A DNA stretch of 63,652 nucleotides, filler included, from Nemertoderma westbladi (lineage: Eukaryota > Animalia > Xenacoelomorpha), in NCBI GenBank assembly GCA_032718475.1. It is 4 parts of 4 records of this genome, joined end to end, with 100 filler letters (N's around TTAATTAATTAA, not from the genome) between each part and the next. Parts side by side here need not be neighbours in the genome. Positions count along the whole stretch, not along the records: positions 19,115 to 34,950 come from JAUCBJ010000006.1; positions 35,051 to 60,103 come from JAUCBJ010007286.1; 2 more parts are not named here. The stretch is one strand, 5' to 3'. Positions 25,508-37,099 of the stretch are shown one piece after another. Positions within the stretch are counted from its first letter, which is position 1. Each line of letters starts with the position of its first letter. The notes under the pieces are model-generated. The model was given only the letters and a program-made list of their open reading frames with translations. It was not told the origin of the DNA and ran no database searches. The position numbers were made by a program, and so were the translations under genes.

Positions 25508-25779
25508 GTTATACGCTCTATAATCTAAGCCTACTAATGTTTCTTCTAAAGTCTGAAACGAATTGACTCTAGAGCCGGTGTTCCTGGCCTAGATAGAAAC
25601 AACACAACAGTATCAAGAAAAACAGTAATACTGAACACTCCTAGCACGATCTGCCAAATATCTCCACATCGACAGAAAAAATCGCTCTGATTGGCTGTTA
25701 AGCTAAACAAAGAACCATGTGTCCAATGGCCGTTTCCATGTCAGCAACCAGCTGTTAGATGTCGTAATCTGAATCATCA

Positions 25780-26380
25780 AGGCTAAGCTGTGCCAGGGTA
25801 TTTGACGCATTGCGGGTTTTTTGCCTTACCATGTCCGCCAAAGCACACATATAGAAGAATGACTTTTATGTCCGTTAAAACACCTATAACGGTACCTTGC
25901 GGGCGAGGGGGACTGATTATATCCGCAAAAGCTTTTACAGCCTCCTTTGCCTCAGAGTACCGCCGAAAGGCTCCCGCATTGTGCCCCGTCTCCCAACAAG
26001 AGTCTCCGCCAAAGGTCTTATGAAGACTTCTGCTTCATGCCACCAGACCCCACCTGATGTTCCTGCGTGTTGTGTAAATAACATCCTGCGGTCATCGCAC
26101 ACTGTTCGGTAATGATCCTTTTTACGTCGGGCGCGTTCTTCGAGCAGAGACTTTGGAGAACGGTTAGCTCGGACATACGAGGTGGCGTCTGCGATAAACG
26201 ACGCCACCCTCTGATTTGTCCAAACTCCCCGTGCTGCCCGCACTCCCTCGACTTCGCTACCCTGCCTGTCAAAGTAACCCTGGGATAGGGTCACCTCTCT
26301 CTCGACGCTGGATCCTTTTGGCGATTAGGTCACCGAATACCTCCACTACCTCGTCATGGCGTTTATAATTAATCCACCAG
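25780..26380 (-). mobile_element. 3' fragment of a CRE-type (restriction-like endonuclease) non-LTR retrotransposon
   Basis: ARGVW...DATSY...SLLEERARRKKDHY..VC....F....TSGGVW..EAEVFIRPLA...LRQR matches the C-terminal RLE pattern. Degraded. Confidence 0.65.
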
Positions 26381-26442
26381 ACTTGCAGCTCAGTGCATGG
26401 GATTAATTATCCTAATTATTATTTTAGTAAAAACATTTTTCG

Positions 26443-26476
<34 letters not shown>

Positions 26477-26510
26477 CCATTTGACTGTAATTGATATTTT
26501 AATAATTCAG

Positions 26511-26707
26511 GAACGGACCAAGAAAGAACAAGAGCTGCGTTGGGAGAGAGAAGAGTTGGATAAAGAAAAGAAAGATGTGGAACAATTGAAGGAGGAGTTA
26601 GAACGGAAACAATCCGAACTGCTAAATGAAAGATTACAGTTGGATAGCAGAAAGAGGGAAGTTAATGATGAACGCATTCAATTGGATGATGTAGATGACA
26701 TTGAAAG
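26511..26707 (+). CDS. Probable internal coding exon, coiled-coil (ERTKKEQELRWEREELDKEKK...)
   Basis: TTCAG acceptor, AG|GTAAAC donor, 197 nt open, E/K/R/L-rich heptads. Confidence 0.6.
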
Positions 26708-27523
26708 GTAAACAAATTATTGGTATTGGTCATAGATGGGCGATTACTGGGGCGAAAGTGTTCAGTATTAGTAGAATGCCAAAAAAATTAGTGTTGGCTT
26801 GTTTCATTGTTGGCATGTTTCAGCTTGAGGGGTGAGCCATGAAAGTAAGCGAGCTTAACATACGAGTACGTACCTCTATCTCAACCTCGTGTCGGTTTTG
26901 GGTGGTTTAATCCTTGAAAGATCCTCTCCACTTTATTAAACTAAAACTTCAATAATTAATTATTACTAAAAAACTTACTTATAATTTATATTTAATGGGC
27001 CTGAAACCATCCGCGGGTGCGACGTCGACTGATGGTCAATGACCCCGACTACTCCCCCCCCCCCCCCCCCCCCCCAGTTGAGTCTGAACCTCATTAAGTA
27101 AGCTTGTATATTCCAACGTTGGGAGCCAAACCAATCGTTGCTGACATTGGCAACGAACCACATTGCGGATACAGACCCTAGAGACACGAGCGCAATGATA
27201 ACAACGGCACAAGGGCTAATGGGATATCCACACGGCGCCCTTTACATAAACATAAAACTAATGCATGGGTCCTTATTGATTGGCTGGTAACCCGGGGCAG
27301 TGGTAGGTCCATGGACAATGGAAGCCAGACGGAGAGGGACAAAATATAATTTACTGTAAAATTAAAATATTGCGTTTATATAAAATCGTTTCTTCTTTAA
27401 ATAAAAATATAATAATTGCACTAATTGTTAAAGATATTGAAACTAAGTATAAGATAATTAAATAAACTATTAATAATATTATAAAGATATTGCATCGAAT
27501 TAATTAATTAATTAACTGCACCA

Positions 27524-28987
27524 CTAATAGTATAGAGATCGACTTAGTCTATCGACTCTGTCCCGAAGTTGTTCGAGTTCGCAGTTCGTACAGAAACAGT
27601 TACCTCGGCGTCTACCGACGCAGTGTTTACCGTCGTCGGACGAACTGGAATCCTCCGACACGTCGAACCTCCGGCGGTGTCGGACGGCACATCGGGGGTA
27701 CCGACAGCGTCGCGACGGAACAGAGCGCGCGCGTCGGTACCGACAGCAGCTAGGGGGGCTCACACTGCTCCCTCTGGGCCCCCGTCGAGGGGGGCTCACA
27801 CTGCCCCCCCTCGGCCCCCGACGAGGGGGGCTCACACTGCCCCCTCTCGGCCCCCACTTAGGGCCGCTTTCTCTCGGGATCGACTTTATTAGTCTGTCGA
27901 TCTCCGCGAGTTTCGCCTCCAGTTGGGCCGGCGACGTGGCCGGGGTCGCGGCGACGCGGGAAACTTCATCGATCCCGCGGGACTCCTCGGCGTAGATGGA
28001 GAGCGGTTCCGGGGGGTCACTCCCACCCCCCTGGGGTGTCCGTGTACCCCACACCGGCTCCCGTACGACTCGGGGCACGGGGAACCCCCTCGGTTCCTCC
28101 ACAACGGTTCGCGACCTACGGGCTACTCGGTTCACCGCGTTCCGCTGTCGGATTCTCTCGCTTTTCCCCCGTCGGTCCACAGTCGTTCCTCGCCTGCCGA
28201 CCGACGCGCTCCGACCGCCGCTGTCGCACAGCCGACTGGGACCGGTTGACCGTTTGTAAGGGAAAACCGGAGTTATAAACGTCGGACATCGACGGACGAC
28301 AAACGGCGGACGGGTTCGTTTTCGCGATGACGATTTGCTCCGAGCACGATTTGTGACGTCACTAAAGTAGGTGACGTCACGCGGGTTACGCTGGATGACG
28401 TCACTACCTACGTTTGCTATACTGACACCGTCGTCGAAGGAACTTCGCGGCTGATCGATACCGAACAACCTACCGGTAGAAACCCGAGGTGATTCCTCCG
28501 TTACGCGGCCGCCAACCGGCTGCATTTCCCGAATTATCGTTTTCGTGGTAAATTCTAACTTCGGCCGGAGACCCCGGAAGTTGAGCATTTTGTTCATAAG
28601 GACTTCCCTTTGTTGGACGTCAGATATATTTGTTTCCGATGGGAACGGGTAGAGAAAGTCCATCGAGGAACACTCGTACTCGGCGATGGAAGTTCCTCCA
28701 GGGAACAACGGGTTCCTCTGGATCAACTCCAAGAGGATAAACTCATCCTCGAGAGCCTCGCACAATTCCATCAAGTCTGTAGTGCCCAGGAAGGTTTTCT
28801 CGAAGATGAACCTCTCGTTGATAAACAATGGGAATGAGGCGGGTACCGGTAGGGTGTGTCGATGGTAGCCTAGAACGCAGACACTCAAGTAGATATCGTT
28901 ACGGTCCGTAAGAACGGCGCCGGGACACGAAACAACGTGGATGTCGACATCGACACGGATTTCTAGACCTCGCGTGGACGGTGTCAT
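27524..28987 (-). CDS. SPATA6: Spermatogenesis-associated protein 6 family (SPATA6/SPATA6L-like), intronless, 487 aa
   Basis: N-terminal domain VSCPGAVL.DRNDIYLSVCVLG...VPASFPL...FIFEKTF...LELIQ...DFLYP...RPKLEFTT and an RPPFVVRR motif, as in SPATA6 proteins. Three GPRG(G/S)SVSPP repeats near the C-terminus. CpG-rich. Confidence 0.9.
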   Translation of the reverse strand: MTPSTRGLEIRVDVDIHVVSCPGAVLTDRNDIYLSVCVLGYHRHTLPVPASFPLFINERFIFEKTFLGTTDLMELCEALEDEFILLELIQRNPLFPGGTSIAEYECSSMDFLYPFPSETNISDVQQREVLMNKMLNFRGLRPKLEFTTKTIIREMQPVGGRVTEESPRVSTGRLFGIDQPRSSFDDGVSIANVGSDVIQRNPRDVTYFSDVTNRARSKSSSRKRTRPPFVVRRCPTFITPVFPYKRSTGPSRLCDSGGRSASVGRRGTTVDRRGKSERIRQRNAVNRVARRSRTVVEEPRGFPVPRVVREPVWGTRTPQGGGSDPPEPLSIYAEESRGIDEVSRVAATPATSPAQLEAKLAEIDRLIKSIPRESGPKWGPRGGSVSPPRRGPRGGSVSPPRRGPRGSSVSPPSCCRYRRARSVPSRRCRYPRCAVRHRRRFDVSEDSSSSDDGKHCVGRRRGNCFCTNCELEQLRDRVDRLSRSLYY

Positions 28988-29872
28988 CGCAAGTCATGTA
29001 ATTGTACGTGTTGTGTGCTTGTTGTTTTTGTTTGCTTGTGTTACCGATCTCCGATCAACTGATTGCTGGATTGAGGTCAGGTCTGGATATAATCAGAAAA
29101 ATAATGGTTGTCAATAAGATAAATTAAATTAATCACATTACTTTCTTTTGAAATTTAATTATTACTGTATGTATAGTATGCTGTAGGCCTACCAATATTA
29201 GGCGCACTATTCCAGTATTATGGTATGGTGCCGGTACAAATTTAAGGACATAGCTTTCATTTTACCTAGGCATATTGGCGATATTGCCTATTTATTTCGT
29301 AAGTGTACCTGTCTGCCTGTCTGCCGCGCCGGTGGCATGCTAATTTTCTGATATTCATTATTATTAGTTTATAGGCCTAGCCCTAAAGGAGAAAAATAGA
29401 AAACACTATCAGACTGGTAGTGAAGTCAGTAAATATTAATTCAGTATTTTTATTGTGCTATCATTTTAGGCTACTACAGTATAATATATAGTGATGAGAT
29501 GCACTCCGACCCCGGCAATGTGCCAAACTATTTGTTTCAGTATTCTGATACCGCAGTAACAGCTCTGTTGTATGCAGCTATCTCGTTACCGGTATTAACA
29601 GACTTGTATCAGTTTACAGATGTCAGAAGGAGTACATTATAATCTTATAAAATCTTAATTAATAGTACCAATTTAAATAATTATATTAATATTCAGCTCT
29701 CTGAGGTTCTTCTTTCTCGCGAATATACTATTGAAAGCCGCGAACCATCGTAGGAACTATTTTTTAGATATATATTTTGTTATTTTAATTGATGTATACG
29801 GTATTATATTAATTAATCTAAGCTCCCGGTAATAATATACAACTCAATTAATAATAATTATTTATCTCATAG

Positions 29873-29997
29873 AATGGATGTGGAAGTTGTCCCTGATTCT
29901 CATTCCAACAACGTTGGTGACTTAGATGTAAATTATGGACCGCCATTGGTTGTGGTTAATGGAGAACTGGGTAAAGAAAGCGATGGATTTATAGAAG
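29873..29997 (+). CDS. Candidate coding exon (MDVEVVPDSHSNNVGDLDV...)
   Basis: CTCATAG acceptor, open frame, donor at 29971 (GTAAAG) or 29998. Phase-compatible with exon 26511-26707. Confidence 0.45.
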
Positions 29998-30840
29998 GTT
30001 ACCGATAGCTTATTATAATTAGGGAATTGTTTTTTGTATTTTACGTAACCCTATCTGACCCGGGCTATTTTCACTACGTAATTGGCCCGGGGGGGGGGGG
30101 TGTAATTTTAGAAATTTTTTAGATCTTGGCTCAAAAATCTCAATTTTGATTAAAAGTTTGTTATTTTGGTCCCCCAGGACGAAAAGTACAAGTAAAAAAT
30201 TTCAAACTAAAAAATGTTGTTTCTGGTTTGCTAATCCTGAACGAGGTCTCTGCTTACGATGAAACTAGTTCAAAATATTTATGGTGATGCAAACCAAAAG
30301 TTCTGCCATCGGGTACCCCAGAACGAAATGTACAAATAGAAAAAAATTAGAAACTGTTAAATATTGCATTTGGTTTAGTAATTCTGCTACTGCTTTGCAA
30401 GGTCGCTGATAACGATACAACTCGTTAAAAACCATTCGTGGTAACGCAACTATCGTTTTTTTGTGCTTGTCTGGTGGGACGATAAATACTAGTAGCATAC
30501 AATTTTAAACGTCAAAAAACGAATTGGTTTAATATTATGATATTTTTGAGTGTAATACCAGATCATCCCAGAAAACCCCTAATGTAAGAAAATCAAGATG
30601 ATTTTTGATCATCAATTTTGTGCCTGACACCCAATGGTTATCAGTGAGGTCCGTCGCAAAGCCGTCCAAGGGGTGTCATAAGTGACACCTCTTCCCTTTT
30701 ATTTATTGGTACTTATTTAATTGTATTTATTTTAAATTAATTAATTGTATTACTTTTACTTTATTTATTTTTATTACTTATTTAATTTATAAATTGATTT
30801 CTATTTTTAGAATTACCAATTAGATTACCAATTAGAATTA

Positions 30841-31235
30841 TAGGCTCAGACTATGCCTCACTGAGGCTCAGACTATGCCTCACTGGGGCACTGAGGCTCA
30901 GATTATGCCTCACTGAGGCACTGAAGATCAGACTATGCCTCACTGAGGCTCAGACTATGCCTCACTGAGGCTCAGACTATTCTTCACTGAGGCTCAGACT
31001 ATGCCTCATTGAGACACTGAGGCTCAGACTATGCCTCACTGAGGCTCAACTATGCCTCAGTGAGCCTCACTGAGGCTCAGACTATGACTCACTGAGGCTC
31101 AGACTATGCCTCAGTGAGGCACTGAGGCTCAAACTATGCCTCACTGAGGCTCAGACTATGCATCAGTGCCTCACTGAGGATCAGACTATGCCTCACTGAG
31201 GCACTGAGGCTCAGACTATGCCTCACTGAGGCACG
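30841..31235. repeat. 22-bp tandem repeat GAGGCTCAGACTATGCCTCACT with interspersed 8-bp GAGGCACT units
   Basis: Directly visible. Unit junctions form the palindrome GCCTCACTGAGGC. Confidence 0.92.
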
Positions 31236-31597
31236 GCCTTCAAGCTGATCATTTGCTTAGTTTTCTAATTAGAAGGTCGTGAGTTCGAACCCTAGAAGAG
31301 CATTATTCTTTTTCCTAGCTCTTGGTTGATTCTAGTGTGCACTAGCCTCGACTCTCCCAGCTATAGTGAGAGTACATCATTTGTTGAGAGAGTAAACAAA
31401 TGGAAACGAATAGTGATAGTATCTAGTATGCAACCTTGGGAGTTAATGCGCTGTCTTATGAGTAAAGGCCAAGAGATTAGACTTCAGGTTGCCTCTATTA
31501 GTTCACTCTTTGACTTTACAAAATAACTCAGCCCTTATTTAAAGTTTTAAAAAATTATATCTTAGTCAACTAATTTTCCAAAGTATATTATAAAAAC

Positions 31598-33400
31598 CTG
31601 TTGGACACCATGTTGGAGAGTATACATTCCCAGTATCCCTTCATCTATAACTACACCCTCGCAGCGTATGGAGCGGCAACCTTCCTTCTCCATGGCAATG
31701 ACACCATTCTCTCCGACGAGGGAGTACAACAGGGGGATACTGATGGACCACGCCTCTTCGGGGATACTGCGAATCCTATCATCCAGGGGCTGGAATCTCG
31801 CTTCAATATCTGGTACCTGGGAACATTGCTGATGACGATCGCACTGTCCACTGGACCTGGAGAAGGTTATTAATGAAGGGAAGGGATGTGGGCTATCTGT
31901 CAACCCAAAGAAGAGTGAGGTGTTCTTCCTGGGTACTGAGTCGGAGGAGTCCCAGGCCCAAATACGATCAGCATTTGATGCCATTTGCCCCGGTATCCAG
32001 TACCCTCCACTGGACCAGTTAACAATGCTGGGGTCTCTGATTGGTGAAACTGCCACCACCTCCTGTCTGACAAGAAAGGTGGGGGACCTCTCCACGCTTC
32101 TCAGCCGTCTTCCACTGCTGGAGGCCCACCACGGTATCTTCCTCCTGAGGAACTCGTTCGCCATGCCACGGCTTACGTACTTCCCCAGGACGGCTCCCTG
32201 CTTCCAGTTCCCAGCACTTCTCAGAGACTACGACCGAATCCTCCGAAGTGCCCTCCAAGGGGTCGCCAATACCGACATTGGCGATCAAGCCTGGGCCCAG
32301 GCCTGCTTCCCAGCACGATTGGGTGGACTAGGATTGGGCTCGGCGGTGCAGCTCGCACCCTCTGCCTTTTTGGCTTCAGCGGCTGCCTGTACCGAGCTCT
32401 CCAACCGTCTACACCAGTCCGAGGGGTCTCCTGGACCATACATGGATTCGGCCCACGCCACCCGAAGTGCATCCCTACCGCGAGATTCGGCACCACCATC
32501 CACCGTATCAAGTCAGAGAGCCTGGATGCTTCCAGTTCACAAGGAGAATCTCGCCACCCTGTGTCACGTGGCTTCATCCCTTGATCTCGCCCGTTTGAAC
32601 TACTGCGGGCTGCTGGATCGATGCACTTCCTAGCGCCTTATTAGGACTGAAGCTTTCCAATTCGCAGTTTCGAATCGCCATTGCCACTCGCCTTGGATGT
32701 AAAGTTGTGGAACCCCACACATGCGATCGATGTGGAACTCCAGTCGCTGCGAATGGCCTCCATGGCCTTTCCTGTCGGAGGAGCGCTGGCCGTCATGCCG
32801 CCATGCGATGTTGAATGACATTGTGAGGCGGGCGCTGGTCAGCTGTGGGGTCCTTTCCATCCTGGAGCCCCCAGGCCTCTGCAGGAATGACGGTAAGAGG
32901 GTAGATGGAGTCACCCTGGTTCCATGGTCCCAGGGCCTAACCCTCACCTGGGATGCCACGGTGGTTGATCCACTGGCACCAAGCCATTTGCACCAGACGC
33001 TAATTGCCGGAGGGTGCACCGTGGAGAGAGCAGAACGTGGCAAAAATGCCACCTACAACGAGGTGATGGAGCGAGGCCACATTTTCCATCCCGTGGCCTT
33101 TGAAACTTTGGGTCGCCCCGGCCCGGAGACCTCCAACTTCCTCCATGAGATTGGTTCCCGTCTACAGACTGTTACCCACGAACCCCGCTCTCACCAATTC
33201 CTTCTACAACGAATCGGTATAGCCATTCTCGTGGGTAATGCCGCTTCCATCCTAGCGACGGCGGGACCTTCTCCAGGCGGCCTCTTTGAGCACCCAGACC
33301 CACATCGTTAGTTGGATGTGGAAATGGGCGAAACCAATCGAAATCACCGAAATGGTAGCCGATGGAGGAACCAATGGGACAACATTTATTATTTATATTT
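31598..33400 (+). mobile_element. 5'-truncated CRE-clade LINE (RT C-terminal half + RLE endonuclease), frameshifted
   Basis: GVQQGD..GP.LF, P.RLGGLG and RH..LNDIV.RAL, then the RLE RVDG.TL.PWSQG..L.WDATV.D.LA...K...Y....F.PVAFETLG. Confidence 0.88.
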
Positions 33401-33956
33401 TATTATATTTAATATTCCGTTTTTGTCAATTTTATAATGGGTTATAGGCCTACTGTTAGACTTTATAAATTACATGCAAAATTAATTGGGCTACAAATAA
33501 ATACATTAATCAATAGTCATTAATAAAAAAAATTATTTAAATCTTATTATAAAAAACATATAATTTCTTGAATAAATAGACCTTCAGAATATTATGGGTA
33601 AATACATTTATATTACTAATATAATTTTGTTTATGGATAAATACTCCTAATACTAATATAATTATTAGGGATAAATAGTCCTAATACTATTATGAAAGGA
33701 ACTCAAACAAACAAATGTTAATAGCGTCGTCCTGCGCGTGCACATACTGTACGAGAGTTTTTTATCATAGGTCTTCGAAAATAAGTAAAAGCTGATTGAT
33801 TTTCTTTACTTAACCCCTAATCCTCAGTATAATTATAATGAGGTAAAATTGTAAATTTGAAATTATGAAAATAAATAAAACTTTTGAAAATAAAAATAGA
33901 TAATGAATGGGAAGGCAGTAAACAAGGGGACTATATAAAGGAAACTTAGTTTGGAG

Positions 33957-34084
33957 TAGCCAATGAGAGACCAGATGCGAGTAAAGCAGCCAATGAGAGA
34001 GCAGATGCGAGTAAAGCAGCCAATGAGAGACCAGATGCGAGTAAAGCAGCCAATGAGAGAGCAGATGCGAGTAAAGCAGCCAAT
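33957..34084. repeat. 30-bp tandem repeat, 4+ copies, each containing AGCCAAT
   Basis: Unit AGCCAATGAGAGA(C/G)CAGATGCGAGTAAAGC. Confidence 0.9.
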
Positions 34085-34750
34085 AACATCATAATGGACA
34101 ACTTGCTAGTCTCCTCTAAGAATTTAATTAAATTATATATTATAAACTTTTAAATAAGAAATATAAGAGAGATGTTAAGAGTAAATCAATTTATATTACA
34201 ATGAAGTTTTTACAACTAAAGGGAGATTAAATAATAACTGAGAATGGGAGAGGGAGGAGAGCTTAATTCATTCAACCAATCATAGGTAACTGAGAATGGA
34301 AGAGGGAGGAGCTTACTCACTCAACCAATCATAAGTAAGAAATAATCTAATTATAATCTAAGAATGTAAGGGAACCAATAGGATAATGGATAGGGAGGAC
34401 CTTTGCCTAACTAATTATGGATGATTGGAGCAAGCATAAAATTGAAAAGACCTCATTAACGTAGATTGAGACTCATATCTCAAATAACTATCTACACTTA
34501 TGGTCTATGAATAGGTTTTGAAAGTCATTTAGTCCCCTTCCTTGTTTTGTTAGTCGCGAGGTGAGACAATGCTACACTAACTCCCAAGGATAGTTATACT
34601 CACCATTCAAATATCCCACGCAAACCAGATTCCCCCAGCATCTAAAGTATTCCCACTTCAGTGCAAAATATATAGAGCTTTAGTTGGATTTGAACCTGCG
34701 CTAGCAATCTCTATTGTAAAGTTAAGAAGAGTGAGCCACTACAGGCAACA

Positions 34751-34950
34751 TGATAGGATTCGCAGTATCCCCGAAGAGGCGTGGGTCCATCAGTATCCCC
34801 CTGTTGTACTCCCCTCGTCAGAGAGAATGGTGTCATTGCCATGGAGAAGGAAGGTTGCCGCTCCCATACGCTGCGAGGGGGTTGTAGTTATAGATGAAGG
34901 GATAATGGGAATGTATACTCTCCAACATGGTCTCTCCAACGTGTCCAACA
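34751..34950 (-). mobile_element. Inverted copy of the CRE segment 31600-31781, at a contig end
   Basis: Reverse complement matches 31600-31781 with small extra indels. Confidence 0.85.
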
Positions 34951-35050
34951 NNNNNNNNNNNNNNNNNNNNNNNNNNNNNNNNNNNNNNNNNNNNTTAATT
35001 AATTAANNNNNNNNNNNNNNNNNNNNNNNNNNNNNNNNNNNNNNNNNNNN
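34951..35050. other. Artificial contig spacer
   Basis: 44N-TTAATTAATTAA-44N. Confidence 0.97.
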
Positions 35051-35258
35051 CCTTACACTGCAATAATAAAATCTAAGCATCCGAATTCAGCCTCCCGGGT
35101 GTAGATCCATCGGGTGAATGATCGCGCATGGGCTGGCTTCGGCTAATGTTTTGTTTATTAGCATAAAATATTGTCGTATGCTAAAGGTGTGTTAATTAAC
35201 TAAAAGACATATAAATTTTGGCAGGTTAAACTGCTAAAGGTCTTCAAAAGCGCGAACA
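35051..35258 (+). mobile_element. Partial LTR, same family as the solo LTR at 24781-25507, opposite orientation
   Basis: AAAAGACATATAAATTTTGGCAGGTTAAACTGCTAAAGGTCTTCAAAAGCGCG is shared exactly. Cut by the gap. Confidence 0.85.
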
Positions 35259-35448
35259 AGTTGATACTTAGCATTAATTCATTTAACGTGCTGCGCGAAG
35301 GCCCCACTTCGTGTAATGATATACACGGTGCGCCCAACCCCTCAAACCCCTTTGGTGTATTTAACTTATTGGTATTATTGGTGAAGTACGTTATCCTCAA
35401 CGTAATTGAGATACTGTAGCATTATTGGTATTAATAACTAATATACAG

Positions 35449-36717
35449 TACAACAACAACAAAAAGCCACACAACCACACAGAAACCACAAAGCCACAAG
35501 CTGGCACACCTCTGGGATCAATTCCAAACCCTCGATTGGGTTACCGACAGCAGGACCCCCCTGGTCGAGCCCAGAGAGATAGTGATAGAAGGAGAGGTAG
35601 ATATCATCTAGAGATACACACTGCACACAAGAATCGTGGTACAGTAGTATTTCGAACTCTATAAACTTGTCGAAATCTACTCACAATATCAGCGACCCAC
35701 CGAATGCCATAACATTGTACGTCATATCGATATCAGCAACTTACCGAATGCCATAACATTGTACGTCATTTCAGCGTCCATATCATTACATATTCACGGT
35801 GCGGCGCCTTTTTGGCACCGTCACTAAAGTTAAAACCCATGATTATGACAATATTAGAAAAATATTGATTGAAATGGCTTATTGAGGACATCAGTACATA
35901 TTTCTCTCTTTTCAGGCACCATATGGAAAAATATTAAGACAATTAAAGCGAGGTAAATTCAAACAGTCATTTACTGTACAGTCAAGGCTGATTTGTAGGA
36001 AATAGCTAGCCACACTGCTAAGCCACTGGTGTAGTATAATTTCAGATCAGTATTATTAATTGGAAGACATACATGTCTAATACACAATTTTACACTGTAT
36101 TCCACCTTACAGAAAGTTTTGACGGAGATAGCATGATTTCAAAGTTATTACCAATTAATTATCGACGATATTTGGAAGATAACAGTTCTCAAATGGTACA
36201 ACAACTATTTTGATCTGAGTTCAATTCAATTCAATGAGCAATGAGCATGAGCATGTAAATAAAACATATTTTATTTACCGTACAATAAATAGTTATTATT
36301 GCATAGCCAAAACACTTTAAGAGTTATACACTGAGATATCGCAAGTAAAAGGTGTACATATAAGTAAAGTCAAAGTTCTAAGACTACCTATTTATCGCGT
36401 TTTATCGCGTTTTATGGCATTTATTATATTTACTGTATGGTACTGGTGTGGTGTGTTATCGGTACAGCCCACCTATGAGGCGCCGTGGGCTTCAAAAATA
36501 TTGTATTACATCCTAAAATGAAACGATAACAATGCCTCACCGGCGTGTTGCATTACAACAAGTCATTGTTTCCAATAACGCCATTTAGAACATTGTAGGA
36601 TATACATAATGTATAGGCCTACACCAGTACACGTTCGTGACTTATGGTTTTCAGGCTCATTCCTCGCATGGCTTGCCCACATTCAATTCCAATATTGGTT
36701 ATTTAGTCCAATCTTGA
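35449..36717 (+). CDS. Candidate 3' exons of an unknown gene: 35449-35596, 35916-35952, 36113-36195, 36655-36717
   Basis: Four AG/GT-bounded segments splice in one frame to ...HLWDQFQTLDWVTDSRTPLVEPREIVIEGE|APYGKILRQLKR|ESFDGDSMISKLLPINYRRYLEDNSSQM|AHSSHG...VQS*. No homology recognised. Confidence 0.4.
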
Positions 36718-37099
36718 ATATTGTGTCACAAAACACGAGAGAGAGTGGAAACTTGACGCAAAACCCGCCTTGGCGAATCAACAATGTTAACTATCAATTT
36801 AGGGAAAGGAGCTGGTTACAGTGGCAAAGGCAGGCTATTCTAACCAAAACAGTAAACGAGAGGCGAAGAACCGGTTACAGTTGAATTTTAGCTCATAATC
36901 TTCTGAGAGAGTTGGAATTTGAGTATCCCCCCCCCCCCCCCCCCCCTATCTACAAAACATAGAGTGAATGGTTATTTTATCGGCTCCCGCTCAATGTGAC
37001 TTGCTCATTCCAATTTATTTCTGGATCTACAACTGGACTGCATCGAACTGTGTAAAATTTATTTAGACATAAATCCCGGGGGAGTAAATAAATGGTTGT

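Noticed and set aside
27569-28868. Plus-strand ORFs overlapping SPATA6, and similar shadow ORFs over gag, CRE and RTE
   Set aside because: Antisense or alternative-frame by-products of GC-rich coding sequence with no independent motifs.
31260-34745. tRNA genes at B-box-like motifs (31281 +, about 34690 -)
   Set aside because: No cloverleaf or acceptor stem could be built; more likely SINE remnants.
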